From NCBI GenBank assembly GCA_964016885.1, contig OZ024742.1, positions 155,496,001 through 155,560,000 on the forward strand: a DNA stretch of 64,000 bases, given 5' to 3'. The stretch's first letter is position 1. Each line of letters opens with the position of its first letter. The position numbers were made by a program, and so were the translations under genes. Shown piece after piece: positions 1-14,541 of the stretch. This stretch comes from Eledone cirrhosa (lineage: Eukaryota). The notes below the pieces were generated by a model. It did not search any database and had not been told where the DNA came from. It saw only the letters and a list, made by a program, of their open reading frames with translations.

Positions 1-860
1 TAACTCTGATCCACTCGTGTTTACAACCGTAATAAAGCACATGTATTCGGTTTCACTAAATTACGTTTGTCGAAATATAATTCCCAACGAATGTCTTTGA
101 TATTATCATGCCTGGCTTAATATAGCCACCCCTCACTCCATTTTCATTTCGTTTGTTATTTAAAGATATATTCTTAAATAATCAATGATATTTCATGGTA
201 ATTTTTGGATGTCATTCTAGAACAAATTCTTTCAGGTAACTTGAAGAATTTTCTTTGTTCTGATATGGAGCGTTCTCCATATTAGAGATATACGCGAATA
301 TGCTAAGCTGCATGCATACATATAAGGCAATGCTTTAAACACACTTGAATATGCATTAATATATCCATCCACTTATGTGATATACAATTTATAGAAGGCA
401 GTTTGCACATGTATGTATAAGGATATAATGTATATATTCAGGCAAATTGGCAAAGTCATTAACACGAAAGACATTATGCTTTGCATTAGATGGGCCGGAT
501 ACCTGAGCTCTGAGTTCAAATCCATCTCCAGACAATTTTCTTTTCAACCCCTCTCTGTCAATATAGGTCGATACTCTACAAAGGTCGATTATTTCTTTAT
601 ACATATTTCTGATACCCTTTCTATCTAGATCATGGTCTCTCCCTCTCTAGGAGAACCGGTGGTGTTCAGATATGTAGATAGCATGGGCCACACCAGAGTT
701 TAAAATGTTATAGACTTACGATGCCCATACCCACCCAAAAGGAGTTACAGATAAATCATTCACACACGCATACACATATACAGACATATCTGTCTTGCTA
801 CACATCTGTCTGTATATCTATCTATCTATATATCTATCTATCTACCTCTCTCTCTATATA

Positions 861-902
<42 letters not shown>

Positions 903-1035
903 CAAAGGGATATTTAATTTGTGGATAATTCAAAAAATATATATATTTATAACTGATTCGGAGAACTCGACACATTTTCTGGAGTATAATATCAATAATA
1001 TTAATAAATGGAAACTATATTTATAAAACCGTATT

Positions 1036-1094
1036 TATTCTATTATATATATTTCAAGGGTAGCAACATTTGGTACGCCCTCATCAGATAAAAT
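1036..1094 (-). ncRNA. Type I hammerhead motif (family A, inverted copy)
   Basis: Reverse complement reads attttat CTGATGA gggcgtaccaaatgttgctaccctt GAAA tatata TA atagaata. Confidence 0.65.
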
Positions 1095-1168
1095 GCAAAG
1101 TTTGTTTTGTAAATATTAACATATCCAGGAACGAGATCTTAACGCTTCAAGTTGTTCACCTCATCAGA

Positions 1169-1228
1169 TATTTTATCTGATGAGGGCGTACCAAATTTTG
1201 GTACCCTTGAAATATATATAATAGAATA
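1169..1228 (+). ncRNA. Type I hammerhead ribozyme motif (family A)
   Basis: Stem I tattttat/atagaata; CTGATGA 1177-1183; stem II gggc-gtaccaa/ttggtac-cctt; GAAA 1209-1212; palindromic stem III ATATATAT; AUA site. Confidence 0.7.
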
Positions 1229-1272
1229 AATATGATTTTATAAATATAGTTTCCATTTATTAATATCATTGA

Positions 1273-1436
<164 letters not shown>

Positions 1437-1455
1437 TAGAGAGTTATATATCAAT

Positions 1456-1722
1456 TGAGGCACCTGGCCTAGTGGTAAGTGTGTTGGACTTAATGTGGCG
1501 GACTCCATTCCTGGTTTGCGTGTTATGTTCTTGTGCAAAACACTTCATTTCACGTTGCTCCAGTATATTCAGCTGGAAATGAGTACCAGCAATAGCTGGA
1601 GGTTTAACTTTGCGATGGACTGGCGTCCTATCCAGGGGGGGAGTCTTGTACTCTCGGTCGCTTCCCGCCATGAAAACGGGATAAGCACCGGCCAAATGAG
1701 CATTCTGGCTCAAGACAGACTG
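1456..1722 (+). mobile_element. tRNA-derived SINE with CORE-like and V-domain-like segments
   Basis: A-box-like tggcctagtggt; central gtgcaaaacacttcatttcacgttgctccagt..cagctggaaatgagtacc; 3' gcgatggactggcgtcctatccaggg. Recognised by eye, not searched. Confidence 0.7.
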
Positions 1723-2073
1723 TAGACTTTAGATATATATATATATTATTCAAAATATGAATAAATGAAAGATATTCTCATAATTAAAATATATATGTTA
1801 TTATACATATTTCAAAGGAACAATGGTGTTTAAGTACGTTTTCACCAGATAATATATAAGATTTGATATGCGACATACCGCTATGGTTTTGATTATTCAA
1901 TTCTAATAGTGGCAGCGATTTATTTCACCAACCCTCAACGGTTTTATACCACACATAATATGATAAACTTAGAGAATAATATTAAATACTCCAGGAAAAT
2001 ATATTGTCGAGTGCTTCTAATCTATTGTAAAATTGTATTCGTTGAATAATCAACCAACCATATTAATCTTTGG

Positions 2074-2160
<87 letters not shown>

Positions 2161-2324
2161 AACTCGCATTGCTACAATGCGAGTTTGTATATGAAAATTA
2201 GTCACGTAAGTATGTTTTTGGGGATCGTCTAATTCCATAGTTTAGAAAATATAGAATACTCTGAAATTTCAATTCACTCAACGTTTCGTAAAATCATTAA
2301 TTCTAATATGTATATATATATATA

Positions 2325-2455
2325 TAAACTGAAAAAATAAAACGAAATTTAATTTCTCACTGTTAGTACGGCTGTTACTTAAATATAAATATGTATACGT
2401 ACATACATATATGTATACTGACGTACAGTAGTATGTATATATATATACATACATG

Positions 2456-2497
<42 letters not shown>

Positions 2498-3001
2498 CGT
2501 ATGGATTCATCGAACATTTATTATAATGCTCGGTGTGTTTGTAAACAAACATCCCGAATTAAGCCATACAGTGTCGAGCAACCATCGTTGCTCATTTTTT
2601 CAACACTGACAAAGCCGTACTAAGAGTGATAAATGAAATTTCGTTTCATTTTTTCCGTTATCGTTTCGGTACCCCGGCCGATTAACTCACACGATATGCA
2701 AATTAGGCTGCTCATCCGTTCATATGCATAAGGAAAGTTTATACTTTCAGACGTTCAACCATCTGGCAGGAAGGTATACGTTGCTGACGATAGCTAATAA
2801 GCTTGAAACTAGAACAGCGTTCCTTTGTCAGTGTTGAACAAATGAGCAACGATGGTTGATAGACAATGTATGGCTTAATTCGGGATGTTTGTTTAAAAAC
2901 ATACTGAGCATTATAATAAATGTTCGCTGAATCCATACGTACATATATATATATATATGTGCATGTATGTATATTTATATATACATACTACTGTACGTTT
3001 G

Positions 3002-3035
<34 letters not shown>

Positions 3036-3105
3036 CGTATACATACTTATATTTAAGTAACCGCCGTACTAAGAGTGAGAAATGAAATTTCGTTTCATTT
3101 TTTCC

Positions 3106-3110
<5 letters not shown>
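2325..3110. mobile_element. PLE-type remnant with both inverted and direct (pLTR-like) terminal duplications
   Basis: 2325-2612 is the reverse complement of about 2824-3105, and 2615-2660 is repeated directly at 3064-3110. Flanked by (TA)n. Confidence 0.65.
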
Positions 3111-3159
<49 letters not shown>

Positions 3160-3163
<4 letters not shown>

Positions 3164-3525
3164 AGGAGGTGAGTTTTATTGTAGTACAGTAAAGCAATGC
3201 AGATATCGGATGTGTAGCACTCTACAGTTTGTAGGACTGGAGTATAAATAATAATATGTAAGATCAAAAGATGGTTAAAAGAGTTCCATGTATTTTATTA
3301 TGCGCATTTCAAAAACAAATATCATCATGCAATAACATTTGCGTTTTCGTCAACATATGTTGATTTAAAACTGCACTATTCACAAGTGTGTTTTAACCTT
3401 CATATCATGTCTCCCTATTTTATCTGACGAAAACGCAAATGTTATTGCATGATGATATTTGTTTTTGAAATGCGCATAATAAAATACATGGAACTCTTTT
3501 AACCATCTTTTGTTCTTATATATTA
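3160..3525. mobile_element. Family B short element with fold-back
   Basis: 3254-3352 is inverted relative to 3425-3521. Same family at 7703-7900 (+), 20415-20630 (-) and 55715-55980 (fold-back), all bounded by (TA)n. Confidence 0.8.
3416..3486 (+). ncRNA. Type I hammerhead ribozyme motif (family B)
   Basis: Perfect 8-bp stem I tattttat/ataaaata; CTGACGA 3424-3430; long stem II (caaatgtta/tgatatttg); GAAA 3467-3470; palindromic stem III ATGCGCAT; AUA site. Confidence 0.8.
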
Positions 3526-3544
3526 TATATATATATATATATAT

Positions 3545-3900
3545 ATTAGTAAAAGGAAAAGAAAATGGTGACACATTTTTCCCAGTGACAAATAGTTTAA
3601 TTAGGAATAAGTATAAATTAGTAATAAATATTGGTTAGTATTCAGTTTTAGTTTTAAATTTTTACCGGTTGCGCATTTATAATGCTTCAAACATCACGAG
3701 CGCTTTATCTCAAAATATTTTTTGAAAAGCGTTAGAAATGCGCAACCGGTAAAAAATTAAAACTAAAACTGAATACTAACCAATACGTATTACTAATTTA
3801 TACGAATTCCTAATTAAACTATTTTTCACTGGGAAAAATTCGTCAGCATTTTCTACTCCTTTTACTAATATATCACAACTCGTGTGTTACACCTCGATTT
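3545..3900. mobile_element. Family D PLE 3' terminus, fold-back
   Basis: 3545-3688 is inverted relative to 3727-3872. The same sequence ends the PLE at 34971-35150 and occurs at 57975-58190. Confidence 0.75.
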
Positions 3901-3907
3901 AGAAAAA

Positions 3908-3940
<33 letters not shown>

Positions 3941-3942
<2 letters not shown>

Positions 3943-4150
3943 CGAAAGGAAATGTGGTAAGGAACCAGGTGGACCATAACGCACCAAAGTACTCAATACT
4001 TAGGGTAGTAGAGTGGGTAATAGGAACAAGTAAGACCCCGACGGCTGAGCTCAAGCGGTTTCGACGGCTAATTCTGGACTGCTAATTCAGTCCAGAATTA
4101 GCCGTCGAAACGGCTTGAGCTCAGCCGTCGTGGTCTTACTTGTTCCTATA
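3941..4150 (-). mobile_element. Family C short element: 3' half of a hammerhead, folded back
   Basis: GAAA-cggcttgagctcagccg-TC (stem III ACGGCT/AGCCGT, GUC) at 4107-4129; 4019-4080 is inverted relative to 4089-4150. Copies at 34745-34912 and 55998-56192. Confidence 0.75.
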
Positions 4151-4812
4151 TATATATATATATATATATTTGCTATTAGATTTAATCCATAGATTCAATC
4201 CTATATCTCATCCCTATAACTGTTTTAAATAATTAACTATTAATAAGCACTATATATTACATTATATTCAACACTCTAACAAAACTCTAACTGACATGCA
4301 TTTAAAAGCTGTTAAGACAACCAGATTATTAATGAGATTTATTAATCGAAAATAAAATTCCCTACAGGTAAAACTTCATTCTAACCACTCTAACACGATA
4401 CAAATTTTATTATTTTCTTACCTAAATTTTACTTTTCTTTATTTCCATCTAAATTCCTCTACTTGTTCTATTTTTAGAACAAATTATTCCTCTTGAACAA
4501 AGAAATAACAAATATTTATGATTGATCTATACTATTCTACTGGATATAACACTGATATCTGCACCCCTTTTCCTCCAACTTAAATCTTACTTAACCGTCC
4601 ACACTTTTCTATACAATCTGTCTAAGTTTCTTTACACTCGCAACTTTCTTTTCTTTTTTTAAAGGTCATTCGATACTTCATCCCTTGACTGCTAATTTAT
4701 TCATCTACTACTACCAGCTTAATTATCTATACTGCCCTTTCCTATTGGTCAATCTCAACCTTGTTCTAAAAAGGTTGATTATTCGTACATGTTTTTGTAT
4801 TCTTCAATAGAC

Positions 4813-4930
4813 AAAACTCATTGTTTCTGAAGACGGCGGATAGGGAAGACGTATGTATATTTTCTAATAGAATGAACATACGGAGAACTACCCCCCTCCC
4901 CCCAGAAACGATCGTAAAATAATGAGTTTT
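4813..4930 (+). ncRNA. Type I hammerhead ribozyme with 14-bp stem I and long stem II
   Basis: aaaactcattgttt (4813-4826) pairs with aaataatgagtttt (4917-4930); CTGAAGA 4827-4833; stem II includes cgtatgt/acatacg; GAAA 4905-4908; stem III ACGATCGT; GUA site. The 3' half recurs at about 16581-16600. Confidence 0.82.
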
Positions 4931-4977
4931 ACTATGAATTACCCTATTTTGTTTATTTTAATTGTTTTCACTATTTG

Positions 4978-5048
<71 letters not shown>

Positions 5049-6459
5049 TATGTGTATGTGTGTGTGTTGGGAGTGTGAATGAGTGGGGCTATGCGTGTGT
5101 GTGTGTGTGTGCATTTCCTATAATTATTTCAGATTTGATCTTCTACCGTTCTGTACATTGTCTGAGATTATAGTCCAGGTATTTTTCGATATTTAGTTTT
5201 CTCTCTCGCTGTCTTAATGTCAAATATTGTTCTAGTCAATATATCATTTTAAATTATGTTTAACTTATATATATACATACATTTGAGAGAGAGAGGAATA
5301 TATAGATCTATATTCTAGATTTTTTAAATCATGCTGTCAATCGAATTATAAGCATATTAGACAGGAAGACATAATGCCATGCTTCAAATATTGGAAGTAA
5401 TGAATTAGTGGATAATAGGATAAAGCTAGTTGGAAACATACAAATGATACATCCAATATTAGCTGGATTACAGACTCAGCCTTTTTTCTAATGAATTCGA
5501 TCTGCTGAGATGTATATTACTAAAATGCTAAAATGAAATAAATCAGACAAATAGAAAGGTTATTTCTATGAAGAACAAGATAATAAAATGAATAAAACTA
5601 GAGCGAGAATCAGGCGAGAAAATCTTATAACAACATGAAACCAATTAACGATTGTCACCTTGTTATCATGGTGCAATGTTTACTAGTGTATGATATTGCA
5701 GTTAGTGGCTACTGCAAATCAATATCTAAAATCAAAGAAACAATATAAAAATCGAATAAAACATCATGTTCAGTTACAATAACACAGTTACTGTGTAAAT
5801 ATGTCCTTTTAAATTAATTACAACTATTTTACATTGTTGTCATGAAATGTCTAGTTTAAGATTAAGAAAGATGCCACAAGTTAAAATTAAATTCCTGTAG
5901 TTAACAATAACCTTTTTTAACCATCATTACCTTCATTTGTAATTGTTGATGTATGTACGTTTCATGCGTGTAGTGGTTTCATTTTTCCTTTCCACATACT
6001 CGAATAATTATATATCTTCAGTAATTATTTCGTTTCTGTTCCGTTAATCTCCGACTCAATATCTGTGATATAACAATGGGACAAGAATATTATTTTTTTT
6101 ATATTTTGAGCCCTAATTAATAATTATGTTCCCTACATTAAGATACTTTGATCATAGATAATAATGATTTTTTTTAGTAAAGTATGAAAATGTCAGACAT
6201 ATCTCAACTAAGATATTTATTGCACCGATATAAATGTAAAACACTTATGACGATGAGCGTTTTGTTATTATGTTTTATATGTCGTCTCACGTATTAATTA
6301 TATTCCACGAGTTGTTCGGGTAGAGAAATGGTCACATCGCGATAGAGCCACAAGTTAAACTCGACACAATGTGATCTCCGATATGCAATTTATAGTTCTG
6401 CTGCTACATCGGGGCAGGAATGAAAATCAGTGATGTGAAGAGTGTGAGAATTATCCTCT

Positions 6460-7075
6460 TAATAATGCATGTGTTGACAAAACTGAAGCAGGTGGATAAT
6501 ATCAAGTAACTCGGGGTCATTTCACGTGTGATGAATGACACGATGTAGAAATAAATGCACGAATTACATGAGCTGGTGGTGTAATATATCAGCTTCAGTA
6601 CTTATTCGCAAAACGTAGGGAGATAGTTGCATAATCCAAACTTGCCATATTTAATGCAGTATCAGTGGCAAAGCTTACACATGGTCAAAAAAGTTGTGTC
6701 ATAGTCAACGGATGCAGTCAAGGAAACAGTCGAAAGGCAGTTCCTCTGAATAATTTGTGACTAATGTTACTCGAGAGATGAAGCGGCTCGGAGATAAGGG
6801 AGTAACCTCAGGTAGGGCCAACACTTTTCCGAATAGAGAGGCCAGCTCCAATAAAATGGACATGTGGTTAGAATGAATCAGAATAGAATCTCTGAAGAGA
6901 TTTTACTGGCAAAACTAACTGACAAGACAACCAGTGGTAGACCCAAGAAAGATAGTTGGATAATATACATAAGCTCGGCTGGTCTCTTTTGGTGGTTAAG
7001 GTGGATTATGTGGAGACAGTTAAATCCCAAAGGACCCACTTGAAGGGGTGCATGAGGATTCTGCCCCTACGATAA
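6460..7075 (+). mobile_element. Degenerate RTE-clade LINE, 3' end of RT ORF
   Basis: Interrupted translations such as EINARI, KLAIFNAV, SEIRE, RIERGQLQ, GHVVRM and TSGRPKK match the C-terminal RTE RT region; multiple stops and frameshifts. Confidence 0.75.
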
Positions 7076-7186
7076 ACCTCATGATAAGTGATCGAAGATG
7101 TTTATTTTTATTATATTTTTATCATTTTCCTTCTTCTCTCCTTGAGTCTCGCTCTCTTTCTCTCTGTCTCCCCCTCTCTCTTGTTG

Positions 7187-7232
<46 letters not shown>

Positions 7233-7477
7233 TGAGTGGGTTTGAAATTATTAGAAATGTAAGCTATCGCCGTATTTTGACTAAAGAAATTAAAGAAATT
7301 ATTTAGCCTGATAGTGGGGTTAAGAACCCTCGGAGAAAGGGAAAAAGATGAGTATTGACGTATATATATATATATATATATATGTATTTATTATATATAT
7401 ATATATACAATATATTAAAAAATGGTTGCAATCTTTAAGGGTATGTCAATATCTGTTTATAAAACTGATCTATATTG

Positions 7478-7542
7478 TATTTTATCTGATGAAAGCGCAC
7501 CATAATTTGCTTTGGTGTCCTTGAAATATGTATAATGAAATA
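7478..7542 (+). ncRNA. Type I hammerhead motif (family A)
   Basis: tattttat CTGATGA aagc-gcacca...tggtgt-cctt GAAA tatgta TA atgaaata. Confidence 0.72.
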
Positions 7543-7791
7543 AATATGGTTTTATAAATATAGTTTCCATTTGTTAATATATTGTATTTTTACTCCAAAA
7601 ATGTGTTGAGTGCTTTATATCAGTTATTAAAATATTTGCTTGTTGTATCCCAACAAATAAAATATAACTTATATATATATATATATAATATATATATATA
7701 TATGTAAGAGGTGAGTTTTATTGTAGTACAATATGTTGATTTAAAACTGCACTATTCACAAGTGTTGTTTAACCTTCATATCATGTCTTCC

Positions 7792-7862
7792 TATTTTACC
7801 TGATGAAAACACAAATATTATTGCATGATGATACTTGTTTTTGAAATGCGCATAATAAAATA
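7792..7862 (+). ncRNA. Type I hammerhead motif (family B)
   Basis: tattttac CTGATGA aaacacaaatatta...tgatacttgttttt GAAA tgcgca TA ataaaata. Confidence 0.72.
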
Positions 7863-7893
7863 CATGGAACTCATTTAACCATCTTTTGATCTC

Positions 7894-8484
<591 letters not shown>

Positions 8485-8522
8485 TATCTATATATCTCTC
8501 TCTCTCTCTATCTCTCTCTGTA

Positions 8523-8591
<69 letters not shown>

Positions 8592-11529
8592 GATTCCATT
8601 TTGGATTTGGCTAATCACTCCACCAATATATATATATATACGTCAAACAAATTCAACTTCAACTGTCATGGATAGGTGGCTATAGCCTCGCTATCGGATT
8701 ATTACAATAGGTCAATATATACCTTCCAGTGTAATGATAACTCATTACATAAAATATTTGAACAGCCCACAAATACACCCAACCAAACGATTAAGCAATT
8801 CAAATTGCAATCGTAAATTTTATAAATTTTATTTTAAAAGAACATCATATTAATAAATATATATATAAAAACAATAACAGAAAATATATAAATGATAATA
8901 TTTCTTATTGAAAACACTAAAACATATAAAACAGTTACAAGAAAGAATGGACATTAGAAACCATTATGCTACAGTAACGTGATGTTTTAAGATTTTGTTA
9001 ACATAGCATCACTGTTATTTGATATTCTTCACATTCTTGTCCTCTACTCCTTTGGGTATTTCTTACACTACTTTTCTTTAAATAGACTACATGCATATCT
9101 ATTTTTAATATGAAGAGGCAGTAAATATACAGGCGCGCACCCAACCCCACCCCCTCACATACCAATACGTATCGAACTGTAATCAGGTTGTAAAAGAAAT
9201 AGAAGAGCTGGGAAAAGTATCCCAGATTCTTCCTAATTAGTTAAAATGTAATAAGAAACGTGAAACATTACAGTGCTATATTCTTAAATGGATGATGCGT
9301 GTTGATTTTCGAGCATTTACTATCTGATCAATAGTGTTATTTCTGAAAATGTAAAACAAAATGACTGAAGAGAACAAAAAAAAAAATACTGATATAAAAA
9401 TAAATTCATATATATGATTATGTACATTCAGTTACTATTTCACTTCCCTTATACGCAGCTTAAGAGACGTGCCATATTTTCTTTACTTTAACACTATGTC
9501 AGATAGAACAGAATATTAACCAGGAAAATATTTATGCACTAAAGTTACATGAACATAAATTTAACTCATGCATAACTTCATGTCTTTTCATATGAGAGTA
9601 TGTATTTGTGTGTTTCTAAGTTCATTCAATTGATTATAAGGAGTAAGTTCGGGAAGATGTGCCAAATATGTAATGATACAATATCAGCACACACCTTTCG
9701 GATGTGACACATATGAAGACATGTATAATTAATTTTTACACATTAGTATCTTTTTATATACACATATATAAATAAAAATGTGATATATATGTATGTATTT
9801 GTGTGTGTGTATGCGTTTGTGTGTGTATGCATGTGTGGGTGTGTGTGTGTGTGTGTTTGTGCCTGTTTGTGATGCACGTGCATTAAACAATTTTGCAAAA
9901 GCTTTGCACTGCTTTACACTACATATAAGGCTGTATTTTCTGGTGTGTATAATTCAAATCATGTCGTAGAATAAAACCTATTTCTTTTAATGAAAAATGA
10001 AAAAAACAAAAATCCCATATCAAAGATAAGTGGGTGTGCATGTCATCCATCCAAAATAATCAAGCCTAAAGATATCTATAGTAAATTGATTTCATTTTCA
10101 GCACACAAAGGAGTGGAAAGCAGCTAAATACCAAGTAGTGAATGACATCTTCCTTTTCCTCCGTTCGCTGTTGAGGCCTCCGGATTGTTTGATCGTCAAA
10201 CAGCCGTTTTCGTCTGCAAAATCATGCGGAGAACATCTTTCCTGGGGAAGGAGGCCCGTAAATAATAATGGCTAATCCGGAGGGCGTCGTTGGTTTATCT
10301 TGCGGCAACGTCTTCACTATTCTGTCTCTGTGGAGCAACTGAGACAACCCGCTTAGACAGGGATGTAAAATCTGCCGTGGCCCATTCTTTCTTTTAATAT
10401 CGTTATTTAATTTTATTTACTTTTTATCGTTTTCTTTTCATTCTGCTTTATTGGTTAATACATTGAATTGTGATAAAAGGGAAAAACTATATGACATTAA
10501 ATGCCCCTAGCTTTATTCGATGACAATGTATTCAAAGTGTTAGCTAGGGCGTGAGATTAGTATAGTATATTAGTATTAATCAGCATTAAAATATGCTAAT
10601 ATATTTATTAGCTTTGTGACATATCTTTGCGTACATTCCAATAATTCTAGTAGCTAGCAATATTTTGTTGAATGACTTTCACCATTTTATCGACTTATTT
10701 AATCGACTTAAATCATGTGATTATTATTTTTGTATTTTGTGCTCAAATATTGTCTCAACATCTGTAAGTACTATATTCCAGCATTGCGATTTAATATATC
10801 TCCAACAGTGATGTATACCAACCTAAATTTTACACTAAAATACTATTGGGATGTTATAACTCATTGGCCATTCATATACATCTGTTGTCCTATCTCTAAT
10901 GAGATTAAAATCAATATTATGTGAGCAGACATCAACAATTCTAAAATCACTGACATTCACAGAAAAGCATATATAAGCACGTGTCAACATTATAATGAAA
11001 TGCATGCATAAATATATATTGAATATTCCTTGTAGATTAAGCATTGATTTAATATATTAAAATATATTGTATAACACTTTTTTCTGTTAGGTACTGTAAA
11101 AGAGTGTGACACTACATTTATATAAATATTACTTAGTGTCTTGTTTGCGATACAAATATTATTTATAATTCTTTTACTCTGCCTTTTTTTTCGGATTACT
11201 CATTGGTGTTTGAAGAAAAGGTCTACCGATCTTAATACTATCGTGAGTTTTTTAAAGCCCACATTTTAGTTAATGACATCAAAATGATGAAAACAAAATT
11301 CGACCAGGAATTTGAAATAAGTTAGTTAAAAGTATGATAAAATATATTGTCTTCGACGGTCCATGATTTGGAGATCAAACACATTGACGTCTACAAAATG
11401 GCCCCAGAATCAGACATATTCACGTCTATATATTTACCTGTTTCTAAAGTTAGGATAGACAATACAATAATAAGAGGTTTAAAAATGAATTGTGAATAAT
11501 AAAATTTAGTATCTACACATTCTAGATGT

Positions 11530-11646
<117 letters not shown>

Positions 11647-12814
11647 TAGTGCGTGTGTGTGTGTGTGGGGGGGGGAGGGGTCTGTCCGTCTGTCTTTGTG
11701 TGTATGTTGTTAAATTGTACGTTGTATTGTTAATACCATACATACTTACATCGTATTGTATATACCCATTGTCATAAAATACATACTGAAATAAAGTGAA
11801 TGTAGGTTACGTTGGTCGTGCTTTAACATCACTTTCGATGTGCATTTTGTTTATCGAATATACTAGCGTACAATTATATTTTCATTTCCCCGCTACCCAG
11901 CGACACAATGTTTTATTTCTTTATTTATGAAAACTTCAAATTACATTGACTTTGAACCTCTAATGGAATTTTATATATTGTTTATCAATAATATATCGAT
12001 GATCAATATCTTATTGTTTATCAATAATGTATTTTGTGCGTTTTTATTCATAAAGATGAAACAAAACTATACTCCGAAAATGAGATACATATCACAAATA
12101 ACGTTTAGGTTTCTTTGTGAGGAAAACAACGAAGGAGATTGATATGTTCACTAATGTATTATATATTAAGATATATGCATCAGTTTCGAGAAAAACAAAA
12201 ACTAAAAACACAAGAGGTCACAATAACATTGATTGAAATTTGTTTTAATTTGTTTACGTTCATAAAACTTTGTTTTCGTGATTATTATATATGTAGTTGA
12301 CCATGACTAATTATATTTCTTTACCATGTAAGAACATTATAGTATCCGCACGCTTGCGTTTTTTAAATACAGACGTTATTAATTATACAATGAAAACATA
12401 AATGGAATTTGTGTTATTTAATAAGCTTGAATCATTCTCTTATAAAATTACATGTTTCTCAATATTACCGTATGACGCTCTCTCTCTCTCTTTTTTGTTC
12501 ATCTATCTATCTCTATATATGTGCCTAGACACACACGGACACACATACTCACACGCAGAGAGACATAATACACAAGTACACATACACATATATATACACA
12601 CAGAGACAGGCAAATGCACACACACACACACACACACAAGCTCAGACAAGCTCACACACACGCGTTTATATATAAATATATATAAATAAATATATATATA
12701 TATATATATATATGTATACATATATATATATATGTATGTATATTTATATATATATATGTATGTATATATATATATGTGTATATATATATATATATGTGTA
12801 TATATATATATATA

Positions 12815-12891
<77 letters not shown>

Positions 12892-14244
12892 GTGTGTGTG
12901 TGTGTGTGTGTGTGTGTTATACATATTGATATACATATATATATATGAATTGAGATGTAAATGTCATTCAGAATTCTAGCTGGTGGCTGCAATTTCGTGG
13001 TTGAGATAAACATTTATTAGTTTGTTTTTCTTACTTCATTTAATCATTCTTATTATAATTAACACGTTAAATCTGCAGACTAATGATTTATTGTTTCGTC
13101 GATGATTTTATATTCAGACAAGTATTGAATTTCTTTTATAGATTTTACGATTTTCTGATATTTGAAATTAGTTTGTTTTTTGTATATATTTATATGATAT
13201 AACCTATTATATTTTTAAGATACTAAAAGTTTAATTTATGAAAACTATTTTTAAGTATAATACAAGACTCTAATCAATTATTATTTTATTTTACACCTAG
13301 TAGTATTCCATATAAATACGCCACGAATTTGTCTGTGTGATAAAATATAATACACTACTTATATTAAAATGAGCATCATATATTATAAGAAAATATCATT
13401 AAGTATCTTCTTCAACTATTTTAGGAATAAAGATATTATTGATGTTATATGTTAAATAAAATTATATATATATATATATATATACATATATATGTATATA
13501 TATATAACACGCATATGTATATGTATATATATATATACACATGTGCGTGGTTTATGTGCATGTGGGTGCGTTGGTGGTAAATGTATATCTGTATGCAGGC
13601 ATTATTGGATTAAACGGAAAGGCATGAATGTTTATATAAATATATTAATAGAATTTCTATATAAAATAAATTTTGAATATTATTTATGTATTTTCGATGC
13701 TAATTCCGTCTGATCACAGGATATTTCGTTCATTAATTATATACAAAAAAAAATCATTATTTTCATGTCAGAAGGCCCGCAATACATTATTTCCTCAAGC
13801 TATATATTTCAAGACACCTGTGCTCAGCAATTCTTTACCTGCACACTTTTCCTATATTCGTCGATTCGTATATCTTTAACCATAATGTCAACGATCATCG
13901 AATGCCCTCTACTACGTTGCCGCGAGATCTGACGTCCAGACCTAACAAATAAAACAAAATATATATTCTGGTATATTTTGGAAATATCTAACAGCAATGA
14001 AGCCTGGCAATTAAAAATTTAATCTTCACATATTATATTTTTTTGATTATATATAATGTAGGTGACAAATAGGCAGATTGTTAGAACGTCGGATACAATG
14101 TTTTACCCGATTTGCTCTCGCTCGATACGCTCTCTAAATTTAAATACTCCCGAGGGCAACATTGCCTGTCACATTTTCGATGTCGATAAACAATATACAA
14201 TTCTAGTGCCTTATCCTATTCTTTATCTTCATTAGCTGGTAAGC

Positions 14245-14360
14245 AGAAAACTGATCTGATGAAGGGTATCACCCAGAATTATTAGTGTCTGCAGTTTTAT
14301 TTGCATAATTGCAAACGAATCGAATATTATTATTGATATTCGAGAAACTCAGATTACATG
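14245..14360 (+). mobile_element. Degenerate family F fragment with decayed hammerhead
   Basis: CTGATGA-a-gggt-atc-accc-a-gaat-tattagtgtc-tgcagtt; homologous to 46373-46552 and to 33310-33670 (-). Confidence 0.55.
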
Positions 14361-14503
14361 TAGATCAATAACGTTTTTTCTTTGGAATACATCGCTTAAT
14401 TTCAAACCTGGAAAGAGAATGGGCTTCACCAGGTTTACAGTAGCTAAGTTACGCCGTATGTCACAAGAACAATTCTACGATTCCACCCAGAGTCACGGGT
14501 GCT

Positions 14504-14541
<38 letters not shown>

